From NCBI GenBank assembly GCA_037444405.1, contig JBBIML010000007.1, forward strand, positions 59,606-123,605: DNA of 64,000 bases, read 5' to 3'. Position numbers and translations under genes: made by a program. Below are positions 47,251 to 56,218 of this stretch, piece after piece. The first letter of the stretch is position 1; every line of letters starts with the position of its first letter. The notes below the pieces were generated by a model, which made no database searches, had not been told where the DNA came from, and worked only from the letters and a program-made list of their open reading frames with translations. Origin of the DNA: Armatimonadota bacterium (GTDB taxonomy: Bacteria; Armatimonadota; Fimbriimonadia; Fimbriimonadales; GBS-DC).

Positions 47251-48177
47251 TCAGGCTTCCCAGGCGAACGGCTCCGCGTCGGTCAGCACCCGCGCGGTCT
47301 GAATCACCTCGCGCAGGTAGGGTGGGATCGCGAACATCGCGAAGTGGGTCTGCGGATCATAGTAGCGCAGCCCCGTTACACCGCGCGTCTCCAGCCGCCG
47401 CGCCACCTCATCAGGCGTCAGCGCCAGCGGGTCATGCTTCTTGGACGCCAGCACGAAACCCCACGGCAACATAAACGACGCGACGAACGACCAGTAGGGG
47501 CGCACAATCGGGAACACCTCCTGCAGCGTGCGCACGATACAGCCGTACAGATAGGGGTAGAGCGGGTCGCCCGCGCCCGACTGAACCGTCAGCACGCCCT
47601 CATCGGTCAGCGCGTCATAGACCATCTGATAAAACTCGCGCGTGAACAGATATTGCGACGGTCCCGCCTCCAGTGGGTCGGTCAAATCGGACACGATCAC
47701 ATCGAACTCGTTGCGATATTGCGGGATGACCTTGCGAGCGTCGTCAAAGAGGAGCGTCGTGCGCGGGTCAGAGAATGAACCCTGATGCCATTCGGGCATG
47801 TAGCGCTCGCAGTAGCGCACCAGCTCCTCATCGATGTCGACCATGACAGCTTTTTGCACGGTGCGATGGCGTAGCACCTCGCGCAGGGTTGCCCCCTCGC
47901 CCCCGCCCGCTACCAGCACGCGCTGCGGGTTCGGATGCGTGATCATGCCAGGCTGCACCATCGGCTCATGGAACATATACTCGTCCAGCAGCGCCGACTG
48001 GATTTTGTTATCCAAAAAGAGCGACTTCCCGTAGCCGGCTAACTCCACCAGCATCGCGTGCTGGAACTTCGTTTGCGCTATCTGATAGACCTGCTTCACG
48101 CGATAGGTGTACATCACGGCGTCGGTGTGCGTCTCCGATAGCAATAGCCCTCCGCAAGCATGGTGTGCCGCTGCCAT
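47251..48177 (-). CDS. speE: Polyamine aminopropyltransferase (spermidine synthase)
   Basis: VLVAGGGEGATLREV, VDID and DLTDP. Confidence 0.93.
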   Translation of the reverse strand: MAAAHHACGGLLLSETHTDAVMYTYRVKQVYQIAQTKFQHAMLVELAGYGKSLFLDNKIQSALLDEYMFHEPMVQPGMITHPNPQRVLVAGGGEGATLREVLRHRTVQKAVMVDIDEELVRYCERYMPEWHQGSFSDPRTTLLFDDARKVIPQYRNEFDVIVSDLTDPLEAGPSQYLFTREFYQMVYDALTDEGVLTVQSGAGDPLYPYLYGCIVRTLQEVFPIVRPYWSFVASFMLPWGFVLASKKHDPLALTPDEVARRLETRGVTGLRYYDPQTHFAMFAIPPYLREVIQTARVLTDAEPFAWEA

Positions 48178-48190
48178 TTTCAGCCTCCGT

Positions 48191-49261
48191 TCAGCGATTG
48201 AGTTTTGCCAGTTCGGCTTTGAGCCGATCGATGTAGTCGATACTGTAGGGGTCGACTTCGTTCAGGTAGGCGAGGTAGAGGCTCACGAAGTCGCCGAGGT
48301 AGGTGAGGGTGAGTAGGCGTTCGAGCAGGCTGTCGCCTTCTGCCCACACTTCATGCCATTCGGCGGTGTCGCCGACCAGCTGGCGCGTAACTTCGACGCG
48401 CGTGCGGGTCTGCAGGCTCTCGCTGGGGTCGCGCAGCACGACGATGCTGAAGTTTTGCGCCTGTCGGGATGCGCCCACCCAGCCCAGAATCTCGTTATGA
48501 TTTAACTCAGGGAATGTGCTGGCAAAGGCGTGCTGTTTGGCGTTCTCGTTGAACTGCCCTTTCCAGCGGGTGGCGACAATCGCGCGATAGCCACCTGAAC
48601 CGTAGAGGATGGGTAGTTTGCCCTGCAGCGCGCTGGCTAACTGCTTGGCGGGGTTTTGCTCGCAGGGGATTTCGGGCTGCCAGCGGTCGCGCGATTGGGC
48701 GAGGCGTTGCAGGGCGCGAGCGCGCGCCGTTTCGCCGTTCGGCAGCAGGTTCCACCGCTCACACAGCACCAGCATCGGCAGGAACAGATAGCCCAGCGCG
48801 GTGCGTGGGGGTTGACCGCCGGGCACCGGCAGGTGGGGAACGCCGTCGCGCCGGGCGCGCGATTGCAGTTCGCCGCCGCTGGAGAGCGCGACGATCATCG
48901 CGCCTCGCTCGCGCGCCTCCGCGTAGCACGCCAGCGTCTCCTCCGTGTTGCCCGAATAGCTGACCGCAAAGAGCAGCGTGTTCGCATCGACGCAGTGGGG
49001 CAGTTGATAATCGCGCACGACCAGCACGGGATGGTTGCCTTCCGCTTCGAACAGCGCCCGCAGGTAGTCGCCTCCGATGCCGGAGCCGCCCATACCGCTG
49101 ACCACAATCAGGCGTGGCTCGCGAGGCAATAGGGGCAGTGTCCATGCCTGTGCCAGCTCGATTGCCCGCTTGCACTGGGCGGGGAAATCGAGCGTGAGCG
49201 CCATCATGCCGTGCGGGTCCGCCGTGCGCAGTCGCCCCGCCTCATCGAGTGGGTGCGCCAT
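48191..49261 (-). CDS. Bifunctional phosphoglucose/phosphomannose isomerase
   Basis: GMGGSG, SYSGNTEET, PRTA, NENAK and PELNHNEI. Confidence 0.92.
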   Translation of the reverse strand: MAHPLDEAGRLRTADPHGMMALTLDFPAQCKRAIELAQAWTLPLLPREPRLIVVSGMGGSGIGGDYLRALFEAEGNHPVLVVRDYQLPHCVDANTLLFAVSYSGNTEETLACYAEARERGAMIVALSSGGELQSRARRDGVPHLPVPGGQPPRTALGYLFLPMLVLCERWNLLPNGETARARALQRLAQSRDRWQPEIPCEQNPAKQLASALQGKLPILYGSGGYRAIVATRWKGQFNENAKQHAFASTFPELNHNEILGWVGASRQAQNFSIVVLRDPSESLQTRTRVEVTRQLVGDTAEWHEVWAEGDSLLERLLTLTYLGDFVSLYLAYLNEVDPYSIDYIDRLKAELAKLNR

Positions 49262-49270
49262 CGGTGTGCC

Positions 49271-49555
49271 TCACTGGGCAATATAGGGCAGCAGCGCCAG
49301 CTCCCGCGCCCGCTTGATGGCTAACGCCAGCTGACGCTGGCACTTCGCGCAGGTGCCCGTCTGGCGCCGCGGCAGAATCTTGCCCCGATCGGAGATGTAG
49401 CGGCGCAGGCGCGCTACATCCTTGTAATCGATGGGCTTCCGCTCGATACAGAAGGCGCACGCCTTGCGCTTGTAGCGCACGCGCCGCACCTTCGCACCTA
49501 ACTCCAGCTCCTCATCCAGTTCCTTCTTCTCCAGCTCCAGTGGTTCGGTTGCCAT
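49271..49555 (-). CDS. rpsR: 30S ribosomal protein bS18
   Basis: IDYKD, GKILPRR and AIKRAR. Confidence 0.97.
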   Translation of the reverse strand: MATEPLELEKKELDEELELGAKVRRVRYKRKACAFCIERKPIDYKDVARLRRYISDRGKILPRRQTGTCAKCQRQLALAIKRARELALLPYIAQ

Positions 49556-49642
49556 TCTTTAAACCTCCAGCCTTGTCTGGCGAGGTGAGATTGTACCCCT
49601 CTGTCAGGCGGGGAAGCGCTATTCCCTTCAGTGTCCTGATAT

Positions 49643-50191
49643 TCACGGCATTTCGGCGAAGGGGTCGCCCTCGACTTCGAAATCCTCGTCCATCAGCTCT
49701 TCGGGGATTTCGAACTCTTCTTCGGGTTCAGGTGGGGAGGCGGGCGCAGGGCGTCGGGCGGCGGCTCCCTGCGCGGGCGTAACAGCGGTTGCCGAAACAG
49801 GTCGCGCCGCATCGCCCGATTCGGTGGTTTCAAAACCTGCTTCAGGCGCCCCGGCGGCTGGGGTTACCTCCTCCTCGCGCGGGCGATCCAGCAGGCGCAC
49901 GGTCTCCGCCACCACCTCGTACGCCTTGCGGCGGATGCCCTCCCGATCGGTGTAGGAGCGGCTCTGGAGGCGCCCCTCCACCAGCACCAGTCGCCCTTTG
50001 GTGGCGTAGTTCGCCAGGAAGTCTGCCTGCTGGCGAAAGGCGACGAAGTCGAAAAAGTCCGCCACCTCCTCGCCGCCGCTGCGTCGGTTGACTGCGATCC
50101 CGCATCGCACCAGCTCAACGCCATCGGGCGTGGTGCGCAGCTCCGGATCGCGAGTGAGACGACCTATCAGAATGATGCGGTTGTAGTTCAT
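49643..50191 (-). CDS. ssb: Single-stranded DNA-binding protein
   Basis: NRIILIGRLTRDPELR, KGRLVLVEGRLQ and an acidic tail. Confidence 0.97.
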   Translation of the reverse strand: MNYNRIILIGRLTRDPELRTTPDGVELVRCGIAVNRRSGGEEVADFFDFVAFRQQADFLANYATKGRLVLVEGRLQSRSYTDREGIRRKAYEVVAETVRLLDRPREEEVTPAAGAPEAGFETTESGDAARPVSATAVTPAQGAAARRPAPASPPEPEEEFEIPEELMDEDFEVEGDPFAEMP

Positions 50192-50202
50192 CGTATACCC
50201 CC

Positions 50203-50526
50203 TTATATCTGCGCGAGGGCAGCCACCTCTTCCGGTTCGAGGCGGAAGATTCGGAAGCGCAGGATGCTCTCGGTGATGCCCAGCACGCGGCGCAGCTCCT
50301 CTGCCGCCGCGGGGGGACCTTCGAACCGAAACAGCAGATAGATGCCCTCGTTCACATGCTTGATTTCGTAGGCGAGCTTGCGTCGGTCCCAGACACGCGC
50401 CTCCACCACGCGCGCGCCCTGATTCTCCAGCAGGGTGCGGAACCGCTCGATGAGCGCATCCACCGCCTCCTGCTCCGTGTTGCCCGGCACAATCACCATC
50501 GTTTCGTAGAATCGCGGTTTGATCAT
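50203..50526 (-). CDS. rpsF: 30S ribosomal protein bS6
   Basis: YETMVI, WDRRKLAYEI; rpsF-ssb-rpsR synteny. Confidence 0.96.
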   Translation of the reverse strand: MIKPRFYETMVIVPGNTEQEAVDALIERFRTLLENQGARVVEARVWDRRKLAYEIKHVNEGIYLLFRFEGPPAAAEELRRVLGITESILRFRIFRLEPEEVAALAQI

Positions 50527-50529
50527 TCG

Positions 50530-50590
50530 TACCCTCCTTCGGACCGTTTGGGACCCGCGCTGGGGTCAGAAGGGTCCGCTCTGTGCGCTC
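50530..50590 (-). promoter_or_regulatory. Putative S6:S18 autogenous leader RNA
   Basis: CCCUUC can pair with GAAGGAGG (RBS), with a CCG immediately before the RBS and an inner GACCC/GGGUC stem. Confidence 0.5.
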
Positions 50591-50592
50591 GA

Positions 50593-50838
50593 TTATACCC
50601 CATCGTCCGTTTTCAACTCTTTGAGAAGTTGTTCGACCTGCTGGTGCATGCGCGCCTGCGTGCGCGGGTCGGTTTCGAAGCTCACCACCAGCCAGTGTCC
50701 CTCGCGCGTGCTGGGCGGGAGCCATTCGAGGGGCACGAGCCACTCGAAGTAGTCGCCCTCGCGCCAGCGTACAATCAGCACTGCTACACGCTCGCCACTT
50801 TCCAGCGTTTGCACCCTGTCTACAAAGGCATGAATCAT
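50593..50838 (-). CDS. DUF3006-like small protein
   Basis: VDR..AVL..LP..REG..D..T pattern. Confidence 0.65.
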   Translation of the reverse strand: MIHAFVDRVQTLESGERVAVLIVRWREGDYFEWLVPLEWLPPSTREGHWLVVSFETDPRTQARMHQQVEQLLKELKTDDGV

Positions 50839-50843
50839 CCCAT

Positions 50844-52565
50844 TTACCTCCTCTGCCGCAGCCAGCTGCGCAGTCCGGGCAGCGGGCGCGTGTTAAGGAT
50901 TCGCTCTGGTGTCAGCCATCCCCGCTGGGCAAGTCCGACCGCCAGTTCCATAAAGCGCAGGTCGCTGACGGTGTGGGCGTCGGTGCCGAGCGCGACGGCA
51001 GCGCCGCTTTCGTTCAGCAGGCGCACGAGCGGTGTGGGCGGGTCCATGCGGGTGTAGTAGCCATTGACTTCGACGGCTTTGCCCAGCTCGGCGGCGCGGG
51101 CGAAGATGCGCTCCCAATCGGCTTCGTTCGGTTCACGCTTGCCGAAGCGTCGCCCTGTCGGGTGCGCCAGAATATGCACGGCGGGATGCTCCAGTGCGCG
51201 CAGCAGGCGGCGCGTCATCACCTCTGGCGGCTGACCGTGTGTGTGATGCACGCCCGCCACCACGATCTCCGCCTCGCGCAGCAGCTCGTCGGGCGCGTCG
51301 AGGCTGCCATCGGCTTCAATATTGACCTCCAGCCCGTTCAGCAGGTAGGGTTTGCCCCCGAACCGCTCGTTGAGCTGCTCGATCTCGCGCTGGCGGCGGC
51401 GGAACACTTCGCGCAACTCGCCATGCCAGAGCAGCATCTCCACATGGTCGGTCAGTGCGAGGTATTCGTAGCTAAGCGATTGGGCAGCAGTCATCAGCTG
51501 TTCGGTGGAGCTGCGCCCGTCCGACCATGGCGAGTGGGCTTGCAGGTCGCCGCGCACCTGTTCGAGCTGGATGAGCGCGGGCAGTGTGCCCTGCTCGGCG
51601 GCTTCCAGCTCGCCCTGATTCTCGCGCAGGGTGGGCGGTATGTACGGTAGCCCCAGCGCAGCGTACATCTCTTCTTCGGTGAGGCTGGCAACGCGCTCCA
51701 CACCGCGCCACACGCCGTACTCGTTCAGTTTCAAGCCCCGCTCGATCGCCCGCTCGCGCAGGCGGATCGAATGCGGTTTGGAACCCGTGATATAGAGCAT
51801 GCCCGCGCCCCAGCTGTCAGGCGGCACAATCTTGAGATCCACCTGCAAGCCGTCGCTCAAAAACACCTGGGCGCGATTCTCGCCCCGCGAGAAGACCTCC
51901 GTCACGCCGGGCATCCGCACGAATGCCTCAATCACGACCTCGTTCTGCTCGCTGGCGACCAGATAGTCTAAATCGCCGATGGTCTCCTGCATACGGCGCA
52001 CAGAGCCGCCCAGCAAAGCGTTCTGCACGCCGGGCAGCTGGCGCAGCCATTCCAGCCGTTCGCGCCCCAGCCACAGCACCGACCCCAGCGGACGCCGCAC
52101 GCGCGACTTCTTAACTAAATCTAACAGATGCAGCAGGCGCTGGCGTTTCTGCTCGCCGAAGCCGGGCAGTTTCAGCACCTGCTGGCTCTCCAGCGCGCGC
52201 TGCAGGCTGGCTAAATCCTGCACGCCGAGCCGCTCAGTCAGCAGGCGAGCGGTCTTCGGACCGATGCCGGGCACCGCCATCACCTCCAGAATGCCCGCTG
52301 GCACCTGCGACAGCAGCTGCTGATGTTTGGGAATCGCGCCCGTCTCCAGATAGGTGAGGATCTTCTCGGCGATTGCGCTGCCAATGCCCGGAATCGCCTC
52401 CAGCGCTTCGCGCCCCTGCTCGGCGAGGGTCTCGATGGGGGTCTGCATCGTCTCTAACAGGCGGGCTGCCTGACGATAGGCACGCGATTTGAACGGATTA
52501 TCGCCCACATAGTCCGATAAGTCCGCCAGCTCCGATAACAGTCGTGCCACCTCGCTGTTCCGCAC
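50844..52565 (-). CDS. polX: DNA polymerase X with PHP domain
   Basis: HhH motifs, GSVRR, GDLD, TGSK, TDH, HPTGR and TDAH. Confidence 0.95.
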   Translation of the reverse strand: MRNSEVARLLSELADLSDYVGDNPFKSRAYRQAARLLETMQTPIETLAEQGREALEAIPGIGSAIAEKILTYLETGAIPKHQQLLSQVPAGILEVMAVPGIGPKTARLLTERLGVQDLASLQRALESQQVLKLPGFGEQKRQRLLHLLDLVKKSRVRRPLGSVLWLGRERLEWLRQLPGVQNALLGGSVRRMQETIGDLDYLVASEQNEVVIEAFVRMPGVTEVFSRGENRAQVFLSDGLQVDLKIVPPDSWGAGMLYITGSKPHSIRLRERAIERGLKLNEYGVWRGVERVASLTEEEMYAALGLPYIPPTLRENQGELEAAEQGTLPALIQLEQVRGDLQAHSPWSDGRSSTEQLMTAAQSLSYEYLALTDHVEMLLWHGELREVFRRRQREIEQLNERFGGKPYLLNGLEVNIEADGSLDAPDELLREAEIVVAGVHHTHGQPPEVMTRRLLRALEHPAVHILAHPTGRRFGKREPNEADWERIFARAAELGKAVEVNGYYTRMDPPTPLVRLLNESGAAVALGTDAHTVSDLRFMELAVGLAQRGWLTPERILNTRPLPGLRSWLRQRR

Positions 52566-52618
52566 GCCACGATTCTACCTGATGGCGGGTATACTGCTTG
52601 CGATTGGAGGCAACAGCG

Positions 52619-53209
52619 ATGACGATTAAGGAGCAACTGGACGCGATTGTGGAGCGATGGAACCTGCTCAATCATCCGTTCTATCAGGCGTGGAGCGCGG
52701 GCACCCTGCCAGTGGAGTCGTTGCGCGACTATGCCTGTGAGTACGGCGCGTTCATCTGCGAGCTGCCGGCGGGCTGGCGCGTGCAGAACGATGTCGACAC
52801 CGCCCATGAAGAGGAGGAGCATATCGAACTGTGGGCGCAGTTCGCGACGGCGCTGGGCACCACGATTGGCGAGGCGGGGCGACCTGCAGTGCGCCAGCTG
52901 GTGATGACCGCGCGCGAGCTGTTCGCCGAGCCAGCGACCGCGCTCGGCGCGCTCTATGCGTTCGAGGCGCAGCAGCCTGCCACCGCCCGGTCGAAGCTGG
53001 ATGGGTTGATCCGCCACTATGACCTGCCCGACGGCGTGCGACCCTACTTCGAGGTGCATGCGGCGAACCATCACGAAGCGGAAAAGATACTGGAGCGATT
53101 AAACCGGCTCAGCCCCGAAGCGCAGGCGCGCGCGCTGACCGCCTGCGAGCAGATGGCGCGTGCCCTCTGGAACGCCCTCACTGACCTGACGCCACCCGCG
53201 GCGGGTTAA
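52619..53209 (+). CDS. CADD/PqqC-like heme-oxygenase-fold diiron protein
   Basis: LLNHPFYQAWSAGTL, EEEEHIELW, ALYAFEAQ and YFEVH. Confidence 0.8.
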   Translation: MTIKEQLDAIVERWNLLNHPFYQAWSAGTLPVESLRDYACEYGAFICELPAGWRVQNDVDTAHEEEEHIELWAQFATALGTTIGEAGRPAVRQLVMTARELFAEPATALGALYAFEAQQPATARSKLDGLIRHYDLPDGVRPYFEVHAANHHEAEKILERLNRLSPEAQARALTACEQMARALWNALTDLTPPAAG

Positions 53210-53220
53210 GCGAGGTTTGT

Positions 53221-53293
53221 CCCCTCACCCGTACCCTCTCCCCCGCAGTCGGGGGAGAGGGCGGATGAACTCCCTCTCCCCTCTGGGGAGAGG
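53221..53293. repeat. CCCTCACCC palindromic repeat copy, likely acting as a terminator
   Basis: Same family as 32109-32197; followed by a T-tract. Confidence 0.7.
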
Positions 53294-53378
53294 TTTTTTT
53301 CATTAAGTCCCTGTGCGTTTTACCTGCATCGGGGTTCCCGCGCTATGGAACGACTTGCTCCAGGAGGGAGCGACCAGA

Positions 53379-55124
53379 ATGAGACGCTTTTGGGGAGTTC
53401 TGCTGAGCTGGGCGATCTTCACAACGCTCTGTGCGGACGAAACTGCCGCCACGCGCACGCCGCACGGTATGCTCTGGGCGGGCACAACCTTCACCCTGCA
53501 GGCAGTGGCGACCTACGGCAACATCGCCAGCAACTCCAGCACCGCTCAGGTGCGCGTCGGGCAGGTGTACCACTGGCAGATGCAGATGACCTCGCCGCGG
53601 GGCGCGAGCGTGCCTTCAGGGGACGCCCTTTTTCGATTCCAGCTGACCAATCTGGGCAACGGCTATGACAGCCCTCGTTTCGAAGGCTGGCATCTGGAAC
53701 TGACAGAGACGCGCGTGTGGCAGGTGAGCCTGTTTGAGGATCGGAACTCGAACGGCATGCCCGATGGCAGTGAGCAGATCAGCAATCAGGGCAGCTTGCT
53801 GTCGCCTGTGGGTGTGATGGGCTATGTCTTGCGCATGCGTCCGCCTTCTTCCTCAACCCCCACCGATGGCGCGTGGGCAGGCGTGGCGGTTCGCTCCTTC
53901 GCCATAATGGGCGGTTCCCTGATTGCCGACTATGTGGCGGGCGTTCTTCGTGAGCTCTGGTATCAAAGTCGTGGCAGTTGCCTCAGTGGTCAATCGATGC
54001 TGGTTCCAGGGGTCTATGTTGCGGGTCGCGCGTTCTGGATGGGCACCGACAGCAACAACATCACCCGCCTGTTCTACACGCCGAACCGCCTCGATCAGGC
54101 GGGCGGCACCTTCAGTAGCAACCGTGCCACCTATGGGCGTGCGCTCAACTTCGTGCCCGATGGCTGGAGCGTGGCGGTGGACAACGGCTGGTTCGTGGGC
54201 ACGAGCGATGGGCGACTGTTACGGATTGACCTGACCCGCATCCTGAACAACGACACCAGCGCCGACCCGTATCAGCAGGTGAACTTGCCCAACGGGGTTC
54301 AGGCGCGTCGCGATTTACAGCCGATCATGTATCGCTCGCGACTGTATCTGGTCGGCAGCGATAACCGGGTGCATGTTATCTCTTCGGCGGGCACATGGCT
54401 TTCACAGAGCGCGCGACCGAGCAGCGCGGTCGGCACTATTTCGTGCCCACCGCTGCTGACTAGTCGCGCGATTGTGGTGGGCACCTCGCAGGGCTATGTG
54501 GTGGCGTTCGATCTGGTTACGGGCGGGATTCGACTGGCGCGTCAGGTGGCGACGGAGCCGATTAAAAGCCTCGCGGTAACCGCCGATGAGCGGCTGTTGC
54601 TGGCACAGATTGGCTCCGCGCGCATCGTGGCGCTCACCGCGCTGCAGGGCACCACCTACTGGACGGTCAGCCTGCCCGATGTGGTGGTCTCCCCGCTGGC
54701 GTACGAGCCGGACACGGATCTGGTGCTGGTGCTGACCCGTTCGGGCTGGCTCTATGCGTTCAGCGGTTCAACCGGCATGCTCGCATCCTATTATCCGCAA
54801 CAGGTTTTCAGCGGTCAGCCGCTGGAGCGAGCCACGATAGCCACACTGCGTCGCACCGATCGCAAATCGCCCTATGCCTATGTGCTGGCACAGCAACGAA
54901 TCAGCGGCAGCAGCGCCACGCAACCCCGCATGGCGATGGTCACAGTGAGGAACCCCTATAACCGCTATGAGGCACCTGAATCGGCGCTGGGTTCACAGGC
55001 GGACTACCTGCCCGCTATCCGCTTCACCGGCGACGCCATCGGGAGCTTCTGCCTGGTGTTCCAGAAGCAGGCGTACACGGGCACAACGACTCAGGGGCTT
55101 GTCGTTGCGTTCCCTGTGCTGTAG
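53379..55124 (+). CDS. Secreted protein with Ig-like N-terminal region and PQQ-type beta-propeller
   Basis: Signal peptide; LTNLGNGYD, EDRNSNG and propeller blades (GYVVAFDLVTG, GWLYAFSGSTG). Confidence 0.65.
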   Translation: MRRFWGVLLSWAIFTTLCADETAATRTPHGMLWAGTTFTLQAVATYGNIASNSSTAQVRVGQVYHWQMQMTSPRGASVPSGDALFRFQLTNLGNGYDSPRFEGWHLELTETRVWQVSLFEDRNSNGMPDGSEQISNQGSLLSPVGVMGYVLRMRPPSSSTPTDGAWAGVAVRSFAIMGGSLIADYVAGVLRELWYQSRGSCLSGQSMLVPGVYVAGRAFWMGTDSNNITRLFYTPNRLDQAGGTFSSNRATYGRALNFVPDGWSVAVDNGWFVGTSDGRLLRIDLTRILNNDTSADPYQQVNLPNGVQARRDLQPIMYRSRLYLVGSDNRVHVISSAGTWLSQSARPSSAVGTISCPPLLTSRAIVVGTSQGYVVAFDLVTGGIRLARQVATEPIKSLAVTADERLLLAQIGSARIVALTALQGTTYWTVSLPDVVVSPLAYEPDTDLVLVLTRSGWLYAFSGSTGMLASYYPQQVFSGQPLERATIATLRRTDRKSPYAYVLAQQRISGSSATQPRMAMVTVRNPYNRYEAPESALGSQADYLPAIRFTGDAIGSFCLVFQKQAYTGTTTQGLVVAFPVL

Positions 55125-55183
55125 GCGTGATCAGCAAAGGTCGGGCATGTCGGGGTGGGTTCGACAGGGCGACATGTCCGACC

Positions 55184-56086
55184 TTACCGCCGCCAGGTGA
55201 AGCTGGTGCTGTTGCGTGGCTGGGCGGTGGCGACGGGCGCGCTCTGCGCCAGCTTCGTCAGATAGCCTTTCAGATCTTCCAGGCGGCGCACCTCGACAAT
55301 CGCGAGGTACTGCACGCCCTGATTGAAGCGCACGCCGCTGACCCGATTGCGCCGACACAGCTTGGAGAGCTTGCCCGCGATAATCCAGTCGGCGGAGTCG
55401 TTGGTCAGCTCATCGGTGAGCATCGGTCCAATCCGCCGAATCCATGTGTCGACGGGCTGCAGGTAGTGGTAGTCGGCAGGGTCAACGCGCGTCTCCAGCT
55501 CGTAGAGCGCGACCATATCACGCAGCAGCAGCGAGCCGACCTTGGGTCCCATCCCGCGGATGTCGGTAATCTTCTGGTAGATGGGTTCGACGCGCCCGCT
55601 GCGCACAATCGCCTGATGGATGTGCGTCCAGATGTTGCCGATCTCGTCTTCCTGATAGATCTGGGTGGCGAACTCTGCCAGCCCTTCAATCAGCCCGCGA
55701 TTGAGCTGCTCGTTGATTTTGCGCTGGTTCTCCTGGCAGATTTGCACGAACGCTTCCCACAGTTGCTGGGGCGCGGTGCCCGAAGCGAGCAGCGCGCTGA
55801 AGTTCTCTTTCTTGCCCTTCAGGGCGCGCTCCAGAGCGGAGAGGGCGAACGCGGAGTATTCGGCGCGGTCGTTGCCCCGCTTCGCGAAGGCGTAATAGCC
55901 CAGCATCGCACGGAAGGCATAGTACGGGTCTGCCAGCGCCTCGCGCACCTCCTGCGGGCTGTTGCCATGAACGCGCATCGTGCGCGCCAGCTGCGGATAC
56001 AGCACCTCCTTCTGGAAGCGCTCCGCCTTCTCGCCTGCCAGCCGGTTCAGAATCGCATTCACCTCGTACGGTGTGAAAGTGACCAT
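55184..56086 (-). CDS. Uncharacterised HhH-GPD superfamily (DNA glycosylase-like) protein
   Basis: HhH motif IRGMGPKVGSLLL and PVDTWIRRI; GGAGG RBS. Confidence 0.6.
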   Translation of the reverse strand: MVTFTPYEVNAILNRLAGEKAERFQKEVLYPQLARTMRVHGNSPQEVREALADPYYAFRAMLGYYAFAKRGNDRAEYSAFALSALERALKGKKENFSALLASGTAPQQLWEAFVQICQENQRKINEQLNRGLIEGLAEFATQIYQEDEIGNIWTHIHQAIVRSGRVEPIYQKITDIRGMGPKVGSLLLRDMVALYELETRVDPADYHYLQPVDTWIRRIGPMLTDELTNDSADWIIAGKLSKLCRRNRVSGVRFNQGVQYLAIVEVRRLEDLKGYLTKLAQSAPVATAQPRNSTSFTWRR

Positions 56087-56218
56087 CGTTTTATAAACCT
56101 CCTCGCACGGTCATGCCCGCTACAGGGAGCATCGAAACGGCGCTTCGCTGCATATTTAGACGGCATCCGGCTCTACGAAGTTGCTTTCGAAGTCCCTCGC
56201 GCGGGCTTCCATACTTAA

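Noticed and set aside
50192..50743. Long N-terminal extension on SSB in the ORF track
   Set aside because: It overlaps rpsF and the DUF3006 gene in another frame; the SSB fold starts at MNYNRII (50191).
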